Of a stretch of 64,000 nucleotides of DNA, positions 60,072 through 64,000 are shown in pieces. Source of the stretch: Saccostrea echinata (taxonomy: Eukaryota). Position 1 is the first letter of the stretch; each line of letters starts with the position of its first letter. The notes beneath the pieces are model-generated. The model was not told where the DNA came from, did no database searches, and was given only the letters and a program-made list of their open reading frames with translations. The position numbers and the translations under genes were made by a program. The stretch covers positions 12,586,001-12,650,000 of the forward strand of contig NW_026889754.1 in assembly GCF_033153115.1 (NCBI RefSeq), given 5' to 3'.

Positions 60072-61586
60072 ATGAGTTTGAGTGATAATTCTAATCTTTT
60101 CAAGTCACTTTTGGACTCATTTACTGGATTTTCAAGATCATTTATTTTAAATAATGATCTGCCAACGGAATCTGTGAGACTAAGTATAAATGATGTGCCA
60201 AGTTTCTTGCAAGTTAAGGAAAATCAGGAAAGTGTTACAATAACTTTTGATGACGACAAGTACCCCATCATTTTAGATCTGTTAGAGAAGAAACTCCTAC
60301 TTTTTAAAGATAGTAATGAAAGAAGACATGGATCAATTTATAAATCACAGGATAAAACCGTCACAGTTACCATTTATGAGACAACAAGCTCTCTACATAT
60401 CCAAGGGGACTCATATTTCTCTTGGTATCAGGAGTTCCTCATGGATTTGAGTAGAACAAATGTTAATTTGGAAACAAGGTGCAAGACTTTAGATGAAACA
60501 TCTCCTCAGTGCACCTCGACTCCTAAAGGTAAAGCATCACAGAGTTGCCATCAGTGTATCAGCAGTGCCAAACTTATCCAGGAGCTATCTGATACTGTCA
60601 AGCTTTTGTCACAAGAAGTCAGTGACCTAAAACAACTAAATGCATCAAAAAAGGTTGCATCGCTTGTTACAAGAGCTGCCCAAACAACTCCAAACAGGAC
60701 AAAACAAAAGGAGACTTCAACAGACGGACTTCAGATGCCAACTGGTGTATCTAGGCATAGCCAATGTACCCTTAAAGCTCCAACAATCTCCAACAGTACA
60801 ATGACAGATGCCGGTGAAGCTCATACAATGAGTTTTCCTACCTCGCCAGATTCAAACACCAAACGTGGAACAAATCAACCTGGAAAGATTCCAAAGGATA
60901 AATCTGTCCTCATCATAGGAAGCTCCATATTACAAAGGATCCGTACCAGAGGACTGCGTCCAACTGTGCAGGTCAACACAAATCGAGGGGCAAACATCTC
61001 CCATGTACGGGCCAAGCTCTCAAAAATGGATGTATCGTCATATCGTAGTGTTATCATCTTGGCTGGAGGAAATGATGCATCAAGACGACGAGACCCAGAG
61101 GCAATAGAAAATGATTTCGCAGAAGTAATCACAGATCTCAGAAATCGGAATTCTAGTGTCCGTGTATTTATTTCGGAAGTATTACCTAGACGTGATACAG
61201 AAACCAGTGAAGTTAATGGAATTATTAAAAATGTATGCGAAATATATGGTGGCACAATGATTCCAACTTCTAAATTCTTTGGCCATGGAAAGCCCAAACA
61301 AGAATACTACTGGAAAGACGGCATTCATCTGTCAGACAGAGGTACAGCAGCACTACTAAAAAATTTCCACGAATACGTGAGTATCCTCAAAGCCGGAAAT
61401 GTGCGTACGAATGGCGAAGAAACGGCAACATTAGTTGGCAATACTTCCTTCCGCCTTCCAGCCTTCTGTTATTTCTGTGGGGAATGTGGCCACATATCGC
61501 GACACTGCAGACATGGAAGAAAGCTGGACTGTTGGAACTGTGGAGAGCTAGGGCACAAAACCAAGCTCTGTCCACATAGCCACTAG
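60072..61586 (+). CDS. LINE (CR1/L2-like) ORF1: coiled coil, SGNH esterase-like domain, two CCHC knuckles
   Basis: LIIGSSI, RGA, AGGND, DGIHL; CYFCGECGHISRHC and CWNCGELGHKTKLC. Confidence 0.9.
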   Translation: MSLSDNSNLFKSLLDSFTGFSRSFILNNDLPTESVRLSINDVPSFLQVKENQESVTITFDDDKYPIILDLLEKKLLLFKDSNERRHGSIYKSQDKTVTVTIYETTSSLHIQGDSYFSWYQEFLMDLSRTNVNLETRCKTLDETSPQCTSTPKGKASQSCHQCISSAKLIQELSDTVKLLSQEVSDLKQLNASKKVASLVTRAAQTTPNRTKQKETSTDGLQMPTGVSRHSQCTLKAPTISNSTMTDAGEAHTMSFPTSPDSNTKRGTNQPGKIPKDKSVLIIGSSILQRIRTRGLRPTVQVNTNRGANISHVRAKLSKMDVSSYRSVIILAGGNDASRRRDPEAIENDFAEVITDLRNRNSSVRVFISEVLPRRDTETSEVNGIIKNVCEIYGGTMIPTSKFFGHGKPKQEYYWKDGIHLSDRGTAALLKNFHEYVSILKAGNVRTNGEETATLVGNTSFRLPAFCYFCGECGHISRHCRHGRKLDCWNCGELGHKTKLCPHSH

Positions 61587-64000
61587 GAAACAGGCAATGA
61601 AAGTGTAGCCGTCACCAGTTCCCAAACGATTTCGCTTAACAACAATGTTTATTCCACTCTTAATAGTTTATGTTCAGAATGTAATAAGATCCACTGTTCA
61701 TGCAAACAATGTGAATATTCTTCTCTTCCTGTAACAAATTCTAAAAATTCACTTACTTCACCAAATACTTCTAAAATCTCAAAACCAGACAAGAATATTC
61801 ATAGTTTTTATACCAAGAAGGTTACACAATCTGCTAATCCTGCCATATCCAAAAATGAGAACATACCATGCAATAATGGATTTGGTTTGGTGAAAAAAGG
61901 TTTACGATTTGGAAATCTAAACATATGTCATCTAATGCCTAAAATTGAAGAAATTAAAATGCTACTCCATGACAAACAAACTCTAAATATTTTAGGACTT
62001 TGTGAAACCTTCTTGAATGATAAAGTCAATGATTCTGAGTTGTATATTGAGGGTTTTGATATGGAAAGAAAAGATCGCATTTTAAGAGCAGGTGGTGGAA
62101 TTATTGTCTACATTTCTAATAATATAAGATATAAACGTAGGCCTGATCTTGAAATCAGTAATATTGAAACAATTTGGCTGGAATTAAAGATTAAAAATTC
62201 TAAACCAATTTATTACTGTTCAGCATATCGTCCACCATCTGCTCCCTCCTGCTGGGCAGAGGACCTGGCTAGAGAGATTAACTGTGCCTCCTGCTGTGAC
62301 GATGCAGAAATTATCATAACAGGTGATTTCAATATAGACTTATTCAAAGAACCCCCACAAAGTTGGACATATGCTTTAGAAGAGTATGGGTTTTCACAAT
62401 TAATCAAAGCACCAACCAGAGTAACTAATACCTCAAGTACCCTTATAGATCACTTTTATACTAATAAACCAGAAAACATATGTGAAAATAATGTTCCTTT
62501 TATTGCTATCTCTGATCACTACCCTATATGTGCTACTAGAAAAACTAACTGCATGTTAAAAAAAGGAAATCACACAGAGATTCAATATCGAGACTTTAAA
62601 AAGTTTAATGAAAAAAACTTCCTACAAGACTTGAAAGATGTAAATTTTAATCACCTCCTCCAAATGCATGATCCAAATGAAATACTTACAGAATTTTATG
62701 AATTATTCAACAGTGTTCTTGACAAACATGCACAAATTAAAACGAAACGAGTAAAGAGCGAAATCCGACCTAAATGGCTAACACAAGAAATCAATGATGC
62801 TAGACACTTGCGCGACTTTTATCACAAAGAAGGGGATATGGAAAACTATAGACTGTATCGGAACAAAGTCAGTCTTCTGATAGACAAAGCAAAATCTTCA
62901 TTCTACAAAACGGCAATTGAGAAAAGTTCAAATCCAAAAGAAATGTGGAATTATCTAAATCAATTATCCTCAAAATCAAACAACTTAACTCCTTCTCATG
63001 TGTTTTCTAACGGTGCTATTGTTGATGACTTACAGGATATAGTGAATGCTTTCAATATCCATTTTACGGAGGTATCCAAAAAGCTTCTTTCTGAATTACC
63101 TAAACATCAATATGATCCTAGTATATTGAAAAATTTTGTAAAGTCTAAGCTTGGAGATGAAATTTTTTTTGGTATTCAACAAATTGATCAAAATGAAGTT
63201 CTAAACATGTTGAATTCCCTCAATATCAATAAATCAGCTGGCATCGACTTCATTGGACCGCGCCTTTTAAAAACATCATCTAAATATATATATAAACCTG
63301 TAACTCATCTTATTAATGCTAGCATACTTAATGGTATTTTTCCAACAAATCTAAAACAAGCTAAAGTAACACCTATTTATAAGAAGGGTGACAAAGCTGA
63401 CCCTAATAATTATCGTCCGATTTCTATCTTACCAACGCTATCAAAATTGATAGAAAAGCATGTAGCTAAGCAAATACAACAGTTTACTAATGTCTTTGAT
63501 CTATTAACACAATCCCAATCAGGATTTAGAGAATTCCATTCTTGTCAAACTGCACTCACAAAACTAACAGAAAGTTGGCTAAATGCAATGGATTGTGGTG
63601 AACTAATTGGTATTACATTTATTGATTTCAGTAAAGCTTTTGATTTAGTAAATCATGACATTCTTCTACAGAAATTAATTCATTACAGGTTTGACCATTT
63701 GGCTATTAAGTGGTTTAAATCGTATCTTTATAGCAGGACGCAACGTGTAAAAATTGGAACATGTCTTTCCGATATCCTACCCGTCACAGCAGGAGTGCCG
63801 CAGGGTTCAATTTTGGGTCCGCTTTTATTTTTATTGTACATAAATGATCTTTCATTACATGTAAAAAACTCAAAAGTTGACATGTTTGCTGATGATGTAA
63901 CTCTACATACTAACAATCATAATCCAAAATATCTAGAAAATGTGTTGAACTCAGATATTTGTGAAATTGAAAAATGGTGCTCTCAAAATCAAATGGTATT
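61587..64000 (+). CDS. LINE ORF2: APE endonuclease + reverse transcriptase (runs off the window)
   Basis: Open frame with GNLNI, LCETFL, YRPP, GDFN, SDH, NYRPISILP, FIDFSKAFD, GVPQGSILGP, FADD. Confidence 0.93.

Overview
Eukaryotic, repeat-rich DNA, probably from an oyster (inferred from a Cg170/BIV160-like satellite monomer, a Helentron-type element and MetaSINE-like SINEs). Two divergent Maverick/Polinton endogenous DNA viruses dominate the window. Polinton A (about 129-13400) is decayed, with many stops and frameshifts. Polinton B (33183-56339) looks intact: AGTAGT termini, 229-bp TIRs, a 6-bp TCTGGG target-site duplication, and open pPolB, integrase, capsid, protease and ATPase genes. B sits inside a TA-flanked non-autonomous DNA transposon. 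The most notable signal is largely invisible in the ORF track: a 7-9 kb intron-rich accessory cassette present twice (13420-20350 and, inverted, 47600-55000). It contains (i) a 10-exon micro-exon gene whose introns are all phase 2 and whose internal exons (12-84 nt) are all frame-symmetric, giving a 135-aa protein with a SUMO-interacting-like motif, and (ii) a divergently transcribed locus of phase-1 exons that could combinatorially encode membrane glycoproteins. Several exons differ more between the copies than their neighbouring introns do. The Polintons also carry anti-host-defence genes: a GADD34/ICP34.5-like PP1-eIF2alpha module fused to a macrodomain, and a BIR/IAP protein. They have clustered NF-kB-like and CRE motifs. 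The remainder is Helentron-satellite, SINE, Penelope-like, Tc1-like, IS3EU-like and CR1/L2 LINE sequence. All gene models, counts and family assignments were made by eye and need RNA-seq or HMM confirmation.
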